Assembly (NCBI GenBank): GCA_976551045.1
Contig: CDPCPM010000060.1
Location: 16,182,001 to 16,246,000, forward strand
Reading direction: 5' to 3'
DNA: 64,000 nucleotides
Source of the DNA: Glaucostegus cemiculus
Taxonomy: Eukaryota
Positions 40,653 to 51,690 of this stretch are shown piece by piece. The notes under the pieces are model-generated. The model did not search any database, had not been told where the DNA came from, and saw nothing but the letters and a program-made list of their open reading frames with translations. Position 1 is the stretch's first letter, and the number at the start of each line of letters is the position of its first letter. Position numbers and translations under genes: made by a program.

Positions 40653-41774
40653 GAAAGCACTTGCTTACAATATGTGGGAGCTTCATTTCAATGTTAATCT
40701 GAGTGTTGGAATGCTTTGTATGTGGTTCCTGACATTTTGTGTCGTTCTTTTCACTTGCACACAGTCTTCTCCTCCCACCACTGATGTGCCTCCCACATTT
40801 CTCCAAATTTTTGCTTGCAAACTAACCCCAGAAAATTGGGTGCAAGCACTTGTCTCAAACCATTCATCTTGTACTTCTTACAAATTTTTAGGTTCCGATA
40901 ATGTTTACCAGGTTAAGTATGCAACTTATGAGATACACAAAGATTAATAAATTATAAGTCAATGGGGAATAAAAGGCCAGCACCACCACTCCAATTCAGT
41001 ATACCAGCTACTGGTCTGGTAATAATTGGCTGCTGCTACCTGCCTTAGGACATTTAAAAATACTTGAGACTGCAAATGCTTACAAATCAGACAGATAGAC
41101 CATAGACTATTTCCTCAGTTCAAAATTTTGTTGGGCTTGTTCCACAATTCTAGTCATGAATTCTTGGTCAATTGTCAGTAAAGTTGGAATTTCGATGAGA
41201 TCTAACCCTTAGACTTCACCCAGGTTAAAATTCATTAATAAAGCAAATTACAACAAAGCAAGCATAAACAGACTGCTATCAGGAAATACTTGACTTATGT
41301 TTGCCATTATGTGTGGAATAAAACAAGCACAGCAGTTTATCCACAGTGTAGCCGTTAGACTATACGGTAGAAAATCAAACGAGTGCATCCAATGAATTAC
41401 ATTTTTCCTCATTAAATGAACCAGACCACTGACTGAAGTGAATGAGCCTGAGGGAATAAAGTGCTACCTAATACCCAGCACACATTAGCTTACTACTAAC
41501 AGGAATCAAATAAAAAATTAGGTCAAAAAAGAAGTAAGTAAGCAATGGAAGAATTATTCATATTGCTCAGACACAAAACCCCCACACAAGGAACATATAA
41601 GAATGAGGAAATATATAAAAACCATGTCTGAGGACAAGAATTGGGAATTTCTGTTTTTACGCTCATCAAAGTGCAACAAAATTGTTGAAGGTGGTGTATT
41701 GAACAAACCTGTCAATCTTTTATATGTGAATAGTTATAAATTGTAATCATAAGGTATGATAGGAGGTTGACAGA

Positions 41775-42170
41775 GAATTGGAATTGGAATTGGTTTAGTA
41801 TTGTCACATGTACTGAGATATAGTGAAAAGCTTGTCTTGCACATCATTAATACAGATCAAGTGTATTAAGGTAGTACAAAGTAAAACATTAACAGACTAC
41901 AGAATAAAGTTCAACAGCTACAGAGAAAGTGCAGTGCAGGTAGACAATAAGGTGCAAGGTCATAATGAGGTAGATTGTGAGGTCAAGAGTCCATCTTATC
42001 ATATTAAGGAACCATTCAATAGCCTTATAACATCAGGTAGAAGTTGTCCTGGAGCCTGGTGGTATGTGCTTTCAGACTTTTGTATCTTCTGCCCGATGGA
42101 AGAGGGGTAAAAAAGTTTGTTTGGGGTGGATGGAGTCTTTGATTATGCTGGATGCTTTAATGAGGCTGCA
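41775..42170 (-). mobile_element. Rex1/Babar LINE 3' fragment
   Basis: (GGAATT)n end; homologous to 15408-15790 (DNKVQGHNEVDCEVKSPSY shared in the antisense frame). Confidence 0.82.
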
Positions 42171-42269
42171 AGTAAGTAAAGAGTCAAAGAATAGTGAAGC
42201 TAAAGCTAATGCTGGTGATACCACTAACTTCAAAAGAATCTTTGATTTTGCAAGTATCTGGAACATAAA

Positions 42270-42370
42270 CTTTCTTTCTCATTCCTCTGATGCTGCCTTA
42301 CCTGTAGAGTGTTCCAGCATTTTCTGTTTCAGATTTCAGATTTCTAGAATCTGCAGTTTTTTGATTTTTA
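42270..42370 (+). mobile_element. Penelope-derived tail lacking the ribozyme core
   Basis: ctgatgctgccttacctgtagagtgttccagcattttctgtttcagattt...atctgcagtttt. Confidence 0.55.
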
Positions 42371-44804
42371 TTTAATGACCAGAGGGTTGGTCTGGCTTAT
42401 CTTTGTCTGGAGTCTTTTAAACAGCAGTCAACTGATTGCACCCACAGTCACTGGATAGAAAAAGCCACTTTAATGAAGAGGCATTTACACTTTGTTTCAG
42501 TTCTGCCGGAAATTTTGCGCTTATTACTCTACCTTTTACACAAACCACAGGTTGTTGTTCATTTTGTCTTGGTGAGGAACCATTCCAGTCTTACACAAAT
42601 GTAAGAGTCAGTGATAAGAGTTCATAATAGTGACAACAGCCCAAACTTCTTGGAGCTTGACTTCACACTAAGACCACTTTCCATTGCAATGCTACTTCTG
42701 TTCTAAATAGGACAGATTAAGGACAGATACAACACTCAAAGCTCTCTGTGCAAGAAGTGATATGGACAATTAACAACAGGAAAATAATATATCTTCATAA
42801 TCTGTACCTTAATGTTCCAGCATATGTCTCTGTCTTCCATCACTATCAGTTTATATTAGTACCCTGGTTCACTGAAGAGAGTACATGCCATGATCAGTGG
42901 CAGGTGTACTTAAGGTTGGATTTGGGATGTTTGCTGATGATAATGACATACTAAAATACGCAAAGACCTAGATAGCTTTCTAGGCTTAGGCTGTTTTGTG
43001 TAAGCCGCACTGGCACTAGGCAATGGGCTTCTCTAAACAAAGAAAGTGTAGATACTTTCTTGTGCCTTTTAATAATATTGTAATCAGTAAATCACACATC
43101 ATCAAAATCTTGAGGGTCATCAGTAGCTGAACTCCAATGGGCTCCTATCTTCCTCACAGGGGAATTTGGGACAAATTTGTCCTGTTGGAATAATAAACTT
43201 CAGATAGCCAAAACTTACTGATTCGGGAGTCATTTATGGAATAAGGAATATTCCTATTTCTTCTTGGGAAACAACTGGCCAAATTTGGTGGAATAACTTA
43301 GTTTTGCTTTCTGCATTTCTCATGTATTTCCTATGGATCTAGGGAAGGACTCATAGTTATTTCTTCATGAGGCCCTCCTATTAGTTCAGTGATTGGTACA
43401 ACACATTTCCTTACAAGATCCTGCTGAGAAAGACCAGGGACAGCAGGAGGTTGGTTTAGTTTCCTAGCAAAGCTATTTAAAATTGGAGTTGAGAAGTCAG
43501 GTGCACAGTGCCTGTACTGCACAAACACACAGTGAGCAAGCTTTTGAGCCCAAATCAGTAAACACATTGTGGTTGTGTGGCCGACTGTTTGAGAACCAGG
43601 AGCATAAATAAGGTAGTTCTATACAATCAGCAAGGATTACAGACATAGTGGGAGTGAACAGCTAACAGAAACTAAAGGCAGAATCCATAGAAGTCAAGCA
43701 GAGCAGGCAAGCATGACATAAGCATACTTTAACACTAAAGTAAACTACCAGCAACAGATGCTTACAACAGTTCCCTATCCAACAAGGAGTTGTTGATGGA
43801 TGTAAAAGCCTAGGGACTGATTGCACCTACTTCAGGTGTGCTAAAACATCATTGCATATAGTATTTACACCATATCAGGTCTCCTGCAAATAAACTCCTG
43901 AATCTAGTGTGCAATTGTGTTAATGTGGTTAACAGCCCAGAAGAAAAGCTAAAACAAGACTTGCGTGATTCCTGATGAGACCTCACTCAATTCAGCACAG
44001 CTCCCAATACCGTTGTGCAGCACCCCAGAAGGATTTCAGCCCTTGAATTCATGCCACCTGCACAAAGACAAGATGATGCCTGCCATGGAGGAGACGGAAG
44101 TTGCTGGGTAAAATGGAGACATGTCCCACATTCATATATTGCCACTTACAAATTCTACTTAAAGAGATACATGCCTGGGTACGGCAGGGTTAGGATTCTC
44201 ACCAGGCCCACCAGGACAAGAGTCTGGCAGGAAGCAGCTAATGTTGTCCCCTTAAGGAGTAAGGATCTCCAGACAACGGTTGTGCAGAAAGAAACTTCAT
44301 GTCCTCATAACCTGCATGCCACTGGTTATGTCTTCGAAATGGAGATACTCATGGGAACGTATACTTAATGTGGAGATGTGAGGCTTCTAGTGATGTGCCA
44401 CTGGTGAGGAAGGATAGAGATGTTGTAGAAAGCCTTTTAAGTAATTGGAATAGGGATTCATTCAATCATGTGTCATAATCAATTCAGGTGAATCTGCAAA
44501 GTAGGATCTGAGTGAATTTTATGTGTCAACTACCTGATTATTGGTGCACCAGGTTGTGTGTAATGATTGGAATGTGGAGAGGGCCATTTACCTTGCACTG
44601 GTGGTTATAATTGTTCAAGCTCCTCAGCAAAAGCTTTCTGGGAGTGCCTTCCAGACCAGGTGGACTATGCTTCCCTCCACTGCCCAGTCAGGAGATGAAA
44701 TCAGGAAATTGTTTATGGGGCTTGCCAGTGTAGACGTAGGGTTGTTGTTTTGCCTTTCTGGGGAAAATCAGAACTGATGAGAAACTTCTTCATGCAAAAG
44801 GTCT

Positions 44805-45198
44805 TTGGATGAAAAACGCTGTGGTGCTGGAGGAACTCAGCAGGCCAGGCAGCATCCTTGGAGAAAAGCAGGTGGTCAATGTTTTGGGTCAGGACCCTTC
44901 TTCAGGACAGAAGATAGGAAAAGAGGAAGCCCAATATATAGGAGGGAAAAGCAGAGCAGAGGTAGGAGGACAAAAGAGGGGAGGCGGGGTGGGCACAAGG
45001 TGGTGATGGGTAGATGTAAGTAAGAGACAGTGATAGGCAGGTGTGGGGAAGGAGGGGAGAGCAGATCCACCGGGGGAAGGGTCAAAGGTAAGGAGGAGAA
45101 AAGGGGGGTAGAAAAAAGGGAGAGAGTCTAAGAAAGGGAAGAAAGGAAGAGGCATGGTTGTGGGGGGAGGTTGTGGAGATTACTTAAAGTGGGAGAAA
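44805..45198 (-). mobile_element. Penelope-like element, left (inverted) arm with hammerhead motif
   Basis: Minus strand GTC-CTGAAGA-AGGGTCCTGACCC-AAAAC-ATT-GAC at about 44874-44909; homologous to 34180-34615. Confidence 0.82.
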
Positions 45199-45323
45199 GT
45201 TCTCCCATTTCAAGTAGGCATGAACATGGAATTCTCCCACTTTAACACAAGCCACCTACGCCCTCCTTCACACCCCCCCACATGCCCCCCCAACCATGTC
45301 TCTTTATTTCTTCCCTTTCCTAG
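45199..45323 (+). mobile_element. Penelope-like element, start of right arm (interrupted by Gypsy)
   Basis: ggcatgaacatggaattctcccactttaa (GMNMEFSHF); continues at 51338 after the TSD. Confidence 0.75.
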
Positions 45324-46148
45324 TGTTACGAAACCAGCAACAAAAGAAGCACACCAAGTCATACTTCAGTGTTAAGACTACTTTATTAATAACTACATCC
45401 GATAATACGTAAAATAAGAATAAAAAGTTAGTATATTAGTACACAATAAAATGTTAAAATCTTTAACTATAACCCCAAAACTACTCGTCGTGTATGTGCG
45501 GCAAGTTCCTAAACTCCAAGTCCAGGAATTAGGTCTTAAAGTCAGTTCAGTAAGCCGTAAGATGACACGAATAAAGGCTTCTTCACAAGCAATGTCCACC
45601 GAAGACAAAATATAGATATAGAGAGAGATTAGAGAGGAATCACGAAATCCAAATGTTCCACTCGAAACTCAAACGACACTTCAGGGCTTACTCGGTAGTG
45701 ACTTTCTCACCCTGAAAACTCCTTGTATGTTGACTGTCCATGCAAATACCTGTGTTCTTCTACAGGTTAGCAGCAAAGTGAATTCCGTCACTTTGTTCCA
45801 CAGTATCTGCCACTCGGAAGAGCATCCAAAATGTGGTTGTTCACGCAAACACCTGTGTCCTTCTACAGGTTACCGACAAAGTGAATTCCACTGGACTACT
45901 CCAGAAATCCATCCAGGGATTTTAGTGACAAACACAGTTACTGTCCTTCTTCCAACGACAGAAACAAAACAAGCTGCCGCCTCTCCTTCTTCTCTCTTTC
46001 CATCTGTCTGTCTGTCTCTCTCTTATCTTTTTCTCTCTTGTAATGATGTCACCACGTTAGTCTTATCTTCTGCTGACGTAATACGTTGCACACACACACA
46101 ATGTCCCATCTTAAAGGGATATTTGCCTAAGTAAGCTACTTCGTAACA
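45324..46148 (-). repeat. 3' LTR (825 bp)
   Basis: TGTTACGAA...TTCGTAACA 9-bp terminal inverted repeat; direct repeat of 50509-51333. Confidence 0.97.
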
Positions 46149-46160
46149 CCTCCCACACAA
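46149..46160 (-). other. Probable polypurine tract
   Basis: Minus strand TTGTGTGGGAGG immediately before the 3' LTR; short and imperfect. Confidence 0.5.
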
Positions 46161-46274
46161 ACAGAATTTTTTTTTCAAAAAAAATTATTATCCGCGCATA
46201 TAGTTAGTGATGTTAGTAATTATCATCCTACATAATAACAGTATATCAGATTAGTAACGATATAGGTCTTTTGT

Positions 46275-49200
46275 TTAACATCGAGAAAGGCAATCAGCAA
46301 TTACATTATCTTTGCCTTTAATGTGAATTATCGTGAGATCAAATTCTTGCAGAATTAAACTCCAGTTTAACAGCCGTCTGTTTTTGTTTTTCACTCGGCT
46401 CAGAAACACCAACGGATTATGATCTGTGTATATAATCAACGGTTTCTGAGTTGGGCAAACATACACATTGAAATGTTGTAAGGCTAAAACAAGTGAAAGC
46501 AATTCTTTCTCTATTGTAGAGTAATTTTTCTGGTGCTCATTAAACTTCTTTGAAAAGTAAGCTACAGGGTGGTCAATATCATCAAGGTCACTCTTCTGCA
46601 ACAACACAGCTCCTGCAGCTTCATCACTGGCATCTACTGCTAATGAAAATGGCTTTTCAAAGTCAGGTGACTTGAGCACAGGATAGTAACACAAAATGGT
46701 TTTTAGCTTCTCAAATGCTTCTTGACAAGACTCTGTCCAAACAAATTTCACTCCTTTCTTCAGAAGATTAGTTAAGGGAAGAGCAATATCAGCAAAATTT
46801 TTACAAAATTTCCGATAATATCCAACCATTCCCAGAAATCTTCTAACAGTTCTGATACCTGTAGGAACAGGGAATTCAGATATCACTTGAACTTTTGCCT
46901 GAACAGGTGCTAACTTGCCTTGACCTACAACATAACCAAGATATGTCACAGTGGCATGGCCAAATTCACTTTTAGCCAAATTGACTGTAAGGTTAGCTTT
47001 GGAAAGTCTTTCAAACAACCTTTCTAATGCAATGATGTGATCCTCCCACGTATCATTCCCTGTCACTAGATCATCAATATAGGCATCTGTATGTTTTAAC
47101 CCATGAATCACTGAATTGATCATTCTTTGAAATGTTGCTGGGGCATTTTTCATTCCAAATGGCAAAACATTGTATTCATACAATCCAGAAGGGGTTGCAA
47201 AGGCAAAAATCTCCCTTCCTCTCTCTGTTAATGGAACACACCAGTACCCTTTTAGTAAATCAATCTTTGTAAGAAATTTGGCCGTCCCCACTCTATCTAT
47301 GCAATCATCTACCCTTGGAATGGGGTATGCATCCGACTTTGTCACAGCATTCACTTTTCTGTAATCTGTACAAAATCTAATGGTCCCATCAGGTTTTGGC
47401 ACAATTACACAGGGCGAACTCCAGTTTGAACTGGAATGTCTGATGATATCATGTTTTAACATATACTCAATTTCCTGATCAACAAGTTTACTTTTATCCA
47501 CATTCATTCGATATGGGTGTTGTTTGATTGGTTTTGCATCCCCAACATCATGGCTAATTATTGACGTTTTGTTTGGCACATTGGGAAAAAGATTTTTAAA
47601 TTTTAAAAGTAACTGTTTCATCTGCTGTTTCTGTGAATCTTGTAAATGGTCCAACTTTGTCTCAAGGTTCTCCAAGATATTTTGGTTTTCTAGCCTTGCT
47701 GAAACAATATTTGGTCTACATTGGCCTTCCTCATTGTCAACAACAGATGTCCTAGGGACATTCCTCACGCACTGATTCCCAACTTCAGACTTTGGCAATG
47801 GTCCAACACAATCCAAAATCACCTTCGAAAAGGGTTCACCAAAATCAGGAATAGGTTTCAGAGGAGCCACAGGGGGTTTTTGATTTGGTTTACCTACCAT
47901 CTGACATGTATGACAGGTTCGACAAAACATCACCACATCTCTTCTCAAACCAGGCCAATAGAATTGTTTCAAGATCTTCCCCACAGTTTTATTCACCCCT
48001 AAATGACCACCTAAAGGCATGCTATGGGCCAGGTTTAAAATCTCATCCCGATAAACTTTAGGAACTACTACCTGATGAATAACTTCCCACTCCTCATTCA
48101 CAGGGACATGAGGCGGTCTCCATTTCCTCATTAACAATCCATCTTTGACATAATATCCAACTGGCACTTTTTCAATTTCCTCACTTGAGAGTGCTTTTCC
48201 CTTCAGCTCAGTCAGTTCAGGGTCTTTATTCTGTTCCACCATAAATTCTTTCCTTGACAAAGACAAATCTTTGTATTCAGGCTCACTACCAAAACTTTGA
48301 TCCTCCAATGAAGACAAAAAAGTGTCAGACAAATCATCATAACTTTCCTCTTGTTTAGGACTATCACAAGGAACAATTTCAGACTGTGTAGAATTCTCGG
48401 CCTTAGCTAATTCTTTAGCTTTAGCTCGGGTTACTGCACAAGATGGATAAATGTCTGCGTCATCCTCAGATTCAGTAAAGCTTGGTTTAGTTGTTAACTG
48501 TACCACAGAAACAAATTCTTCACCTGCAAGGTCATTTCCCAATAACAAAGAAACACCCTCCACTGGTAAACTTGGTCGTATCCCTATCTCAACAGGTCCT
48601 TCCACAAACTTTGATTTTAGAAACACCTTGTGCAAAGGCACGAACATGGTATCACCTGTAACACCTCGCACTAGATTTACCTCACCAGTTTCAGTTTCCT
48701 TACCAAAATTTAAAACACTGTCCAGCAAGAGAGATTGGGAAGCTCCAGTATCTCTAAGGATTTTCACTGGCACCTGAGGTGACCCATCCTTCAGTGAAAC
48801 AAAACCTTCTGATACATATGAACGGAATTCCTCCCTCACCTCATCGAGCTTTTCAGTCTTCATCTCTAGCAAGGACTGATCTTTCACAACCTCCTCTAAA
48901 CCTCTTCTATTTCTGGGTTTAATGACTTGACAACAGGCAGTTGGCACAGCTCCCTTTTCTTGCTTTTTCTTCAAAACAGAACAGTCAAATTTCATATGGC
49001 CAGGCTTCTTACAGTAATAACATAGACGCTCAGCAGGTTTCTCCAGCACTGGCTTCTTGTCATCCTTCCCTTTCGGATTATCTCCCAATTTAATCTCTGG
49101 TTTACCTGGATTGTCTCTGTAACTCCTTTGAAAGGTTTTAGGTTGTCCCCATCTGTATTTATGGGTTAAAGCATAATCATCTGCCAACCTAGCAGTTTCT

Positions 49201-50336
49201 TGTAAAGTGTCCACATTCTTTTCATTTAGGTATGCAGCTATTTCAGCTGGTACACATCTTTTAAAGTCTTCTATTAAAACTAATTCTGTCAATTTGTTAT
49301 AATCATCAACTACATCTTTCGCCATACACCATCGTTCAAAACATATTCTCTTTCCATTGGCAAACTCCATGTATGTTTGATCTGAAGTTTTCTTCAAGTC
49401 TCTAAACTTTTGTCTGTACGCTTCTGGTACCAACTCATACACTTTCAAGATTGCTTGTTTTACTTTTTCATAATCAGCTGCCTCCTCCACAGACAAAGCA
49501 GAATAAGCTTTTTGAGCTTTGCCTTTAATCACACTCTGTAACATAAGAGCCCATCTCCTCTTTGGCCAACTTAGACTCGTAGCAACCTTTTCAAAATGTT
49601 GGAAATACTGTTCAACCTGATCTTCATCAAAAGGAGGGACTAATCTAACCTCCCTACTGGCTGAAAACTCATCATCAGAATCAGATTCCAAACTCTGTCT
49701 CTTCAGTCTTAAATCAAATTTCCTTTGTTTCTCCCTTTCTTTACTTTCCAGCTCCATCCTCCTCAATTCCATCCTCTTTTCCTCTGCCTCTCGTTTCTTT
49801 TGCTCTGCCTCAGCCTCAAATTTCAATCGCTCTCTTTCAGACTCTACCTTTCTTTGCTCTGCCTCAGCCTCAAATTTCAATCTCTTTTCCTCTGCCTGAG
49901 CTTCAAATTTCAATCGGTCCCTTTCTAACTCAGCATCTATCTTTCTTTGTTCTCTTTCAGATTCTAGCTTCCTTTGCTCTGCCTCAGCTTCAAATTTCAA
50001 TCTCTTTTCCTCTGCCTCAAATTTCCTTTGCTCTCTTTCAGATTCTAGCTCTAATTTCTTTTGTTCTATTCTTGCTTGTTCCTTTTCAGCCTCTATCTTT
50101 GCTAACTGAATTTGGGCATCAGAAATCGCTTGTTCACTGCCAGGAAATTGTTTTACTACTCCCTCTTCAAACACTTGCATTTTCACATAATGACCAGCTA
50201 TTATTCTCTGGATATCTGCTTTTCTCATAGATTGTGTTACTGTCGTAAGTTTTAGCTCTGTAGCAAGAATTAATAATTCAGACTTCTTCATTCTCTGCAA
50301 TCCACTTGGTGTGGGTTTTTTCATAAACGCATCCAT
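46275..50336 (-). CDS. Gag-Pol polyprotein (~1353 aa from first ATG): coiled coil, SCAN-like capsid CTD, CCHC knuckle, aspartic protease, integrase HHCC (core deleted), RT, RNase H
   Basis: PEAYRQKFR..FERW..LVLIEDF (SCAN); CYYCKKPGHMKFDC; LRDTGASQS; HSMPLGGHLG..CRTCHTC; LPFGMKNAPATFQ, YIDD; VDAS, EKELL, TDHNPL, ADCLSR; ATG in gcaATGg context. Confidence 0.95.
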   Translation of the reverse strand: MDAFMKKPTPSGLQRMKKSELLILATELKLTTVTQSMRKADIQRIIAGHYVKMQVFEEGVVKQFPGSEQAISDAQIQLAKIEAEKEQARIEQKKLELESEREQRKFEAEEKRLKFEAEAEQRKLESEREQRKIDAELERDRLKFEAQAEEKRLKFEAEAEQRKVESERERLKFEAEAEQKKREAEEKRMELRRMELESKEREKQRKFDLRLKRQSLESDSDDEFSASREVRLVPPFDEDQVEQYFQHFEKVATSLSWPKRRWALMLQSVIKGKAQKAYSALSVEEAADYEKVKQAILKVYELVPEAYRQKFRDLKKTSDQTYMEFANGKRICFERWCMAKDVVDDYNKLTELVLIEDFKRCVPAEIAAYLNEKNVDTLQETARLADDYALTHKYRWGQPKTFQRSYRDNPGKPEIKLGDNPKGKDDKKPVLEKPAERLCYYCKKPGHMKFDCSVLKKKQEKGAVPTACCQVIKPRNRRGLEEVVKDQSLLEMKTEKLDEVREEFRSYVSEGFVSLKDGSPQVPVKILRDTGASQSLLLDSVLNFGKETETGEVNLVRGVTGDTMFVPLHKVFLKSKFVEGPVEIGIRPSLPVEGVSLLLGNDLAGEEFVSVVQLTTKPSFTESEDDADIYPSCAVTRAKAKELAKAENSTQSEIVPCDSPKQEESYDDLSDTFLSSLEDQSFGSEPEYKDLSLSRKEFMVEQNKDPELTELKGKALSSEEIEKVPVGYYVKDGLLMRKWRPPHVPVNEEWEVIHQVVVPKVYRDEILNLAHSMPLGGHLGVNKTVGKILKQFYWPGLRRDVVMFCRTCHTCQMVGKPNQKPPVAPLKPIPDFGEPFSKVILDCVGPLPKSEVGNQCVRNVPRTSVVDNEEGQCRPNIVSARLENQNILENLETKLDHLQDSQKQQMKQLLLKFKNLFPNVPNKTSIISHDVGDAKPIKQHPYRMNVDKSKLVDQEIEYMLKHDIIRHSSSNWSSPCVIVPKPDGTIRFCTDYRKVNAVTKSDAYPIPRVDDCIDRVGTAKFLTKIDLLKGYWCVPLTERGREIFAFATPSGLYEYNVLPFGMKNAPATFQRMINSVIHGLKHTDAYIDDLVTGNDTWEDHIIALERLFERLSKANLTVNLAKSEFGHATVTYLGYVVGQGKLAPVQAKVQVISEFPVPTGIRTVRRFLGMVGYYRKFCKNFADIALPLTNLLKKGVKFVWTESCQEAFEKLKTILCYYPVLKSPDFEKPFSLAVDASDEAAGAVLLQKSDLDDIDHPVAYFSKKFNEHQKNYSTIEKELLSLVLALQHFNVYVCPTQKPLIIYTDHNPLVFLSRVKNKNRRLLNWSLILQEFDLTIIHIKGKDNVIADCLSRC

Positions 50337-50486
50337 TGCTACTGGTTTCCACACACACGCCAATTAAGAAAATGTATTGGACCAACCCCAATGTCCAAAC
50401 TCAGACCTCCAGTACCAGTCTTAAGTTTGACTGCAAGCCAAATCTTTGGACTGGATCCCAGAACGACACTCATTAATCTTGGGAAG

Positions 50487-50504
50487 ATCCCGGACGAGCC
50501 CCCA
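50487..50504 (-). promoter_or_regulatory. Primer binding site for tRNA-Pro
   Basis: Minus strand TGGGGGCTCGTCCGGGAT, the canonical 18-nt tRNA-Pro PBS, 4 nt inside the 5' LTR. Confidence 0.93.
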
Positions 50505-50508
50505 ATTT

Positions 50509-51333
50509 TGTTACGAAACCAGCAACAAAAGAAGCACACCAAGTCATACTTCAGTGTTAAGACTACTTTATTAATAACTACATCCGATAATACGTAAAAT
50601 AAGAATAAAAAGTTAGTATATTAGTACACAATAAAATGTTAAAATCTTTAACTATAACCCCAAAACTACTCGTCGTGTATGTGCGGCAAGTTCCTAAACT
50701 CCAAGTCCAGGAATTAGGTCTTAAAGTCAGTTCAGTAAGCCGTAAGATGACACGAATAAAGGCTTCTTCACAAGCAATGTCCACCGAAGACAAAATATAG
50801 ATATAGAGAGAGATTAGAGAGGAATCACGAAATCCAAATGTTCCACTCGAAACTCAAACGACACTTCAGGGCTTACTCGGTAGTGACTTTCTCACCCTGA
50901 AAACTCTTTGTATGTTGACTGTCCATGCAAATACCTGTGTTCTTCTACAGGTTAGCAGCAAAGTGAATTCCATCACTTTGTTCCACAGTATCTGCCACTC
51001 GGAAGAGCATCCAAAATGTGGTTGTTCACGCAAACACCTGTGTCCTTCTACAGGTTACCGACAAAGTGAATTCCACTGGACTACTCCAGAAATCCATCCA
51101 GGGATTTTAGTGACAAACACAGTTACTGTCCTTCTTCCAACGACAGAAACAAAACAAGCTGCCGCCTCTCCTTCTTCTCTCTTTCCATCTGTCTGTCTGT
51201 CTCTCTCTTATCTTTTTCTCTCTTGTAATGATGTCACCACGTTAGTCTTATCTTCTGCTGACGTAATACGTTGCACACACACACAATGTCCCATCTTAAA
51301 GGGATATTTGCCTAAGTAAGCTACTTCGTAACA
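50509..51333 (-). repeat. 5' LTR (825 bp)
   Basis: Same termini as 45324-46148; only two substitutions noticed by eye. Confidence 0.97.
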
Positions 51334-51337
51334 CTAG

Positions 51338-51690
51338 CCTATCTCTCTTTTTTTCTACCGTCCTTTTTTTCTCCTTACCTTTGACCCATGCCCTGGTGGA
51401 TCTGCTCTCCCCTCCTCTCCTGCACTTGTCTATTATTAGCTCTTACCTGCATCTACTTATCACCACCTTGTGCCCACCCTGCCTCTCCTCTTTTGTCCAC
51501 CTATCACTGATCTGCTTTTCCCTCCTACATATTGGGCTTCCCCTTTTCCTATCTTCAGTCCTGAAGAACGGTCCTGACCTGAAACGTTGACTGTCTGCTT
51601 TTTTCCACTGATGCTGCCTGGCCTGCTGATTTCCTCCAGAATCACAGTGTTTTTCATCTAGATTCCAGCATCTGCAGTGCTTTATTTCTC
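51338..51690 (+). mobile_element. Penelope-like element, remainder of right arm
   Basis: Inverted homolog of 44805-45130; ends gattccagcatctgcagtgctttatttctc. Confidence 0.82.
51556..51593 (+). ncRNA. Minimal type-I hammerhead ribozyme motif with complete core
   Basis: CAGTC-CTGAAGA-ACGGTCCTGACCT-GAAAC-GTT-GACTG: stem I CAGTC/GACTG, stem II GGTC/GACC, palindromic loopless stem III (ACGT), GUU triplet. Confidence 0.75.

Larger units (their letters stand above)
45324..51333 (-). mobile_element. Gmr1-type Ty3/Gypsy LTR retrotransposon, 6010 bp, TSD CTAG
   Basis: Two 825-bp LTRs; ctag at 45320-45323 and 51334-51337; PBS; single gag-pol ORF with IN upstream of RT. Confidence 0.97.

Noticed and set aside
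45727-46134. Duplicated 135-aa ORF (also 50912-51319) and 71-aa ORF pair
   Set aside because: Duplicated only because they lie in the LTRs; no recognisable domain.
46149-46275. env-like or accessory ORF in the Gypsy element
   Set aside because: Only ~125 bp separate the pol stop from the 3' LTR.
50487-50504. tRNA-Pro gene
   Set aside because: Only the 18-nt 3' end including CCA is present, adjacent to the LTR; this is a PBS.
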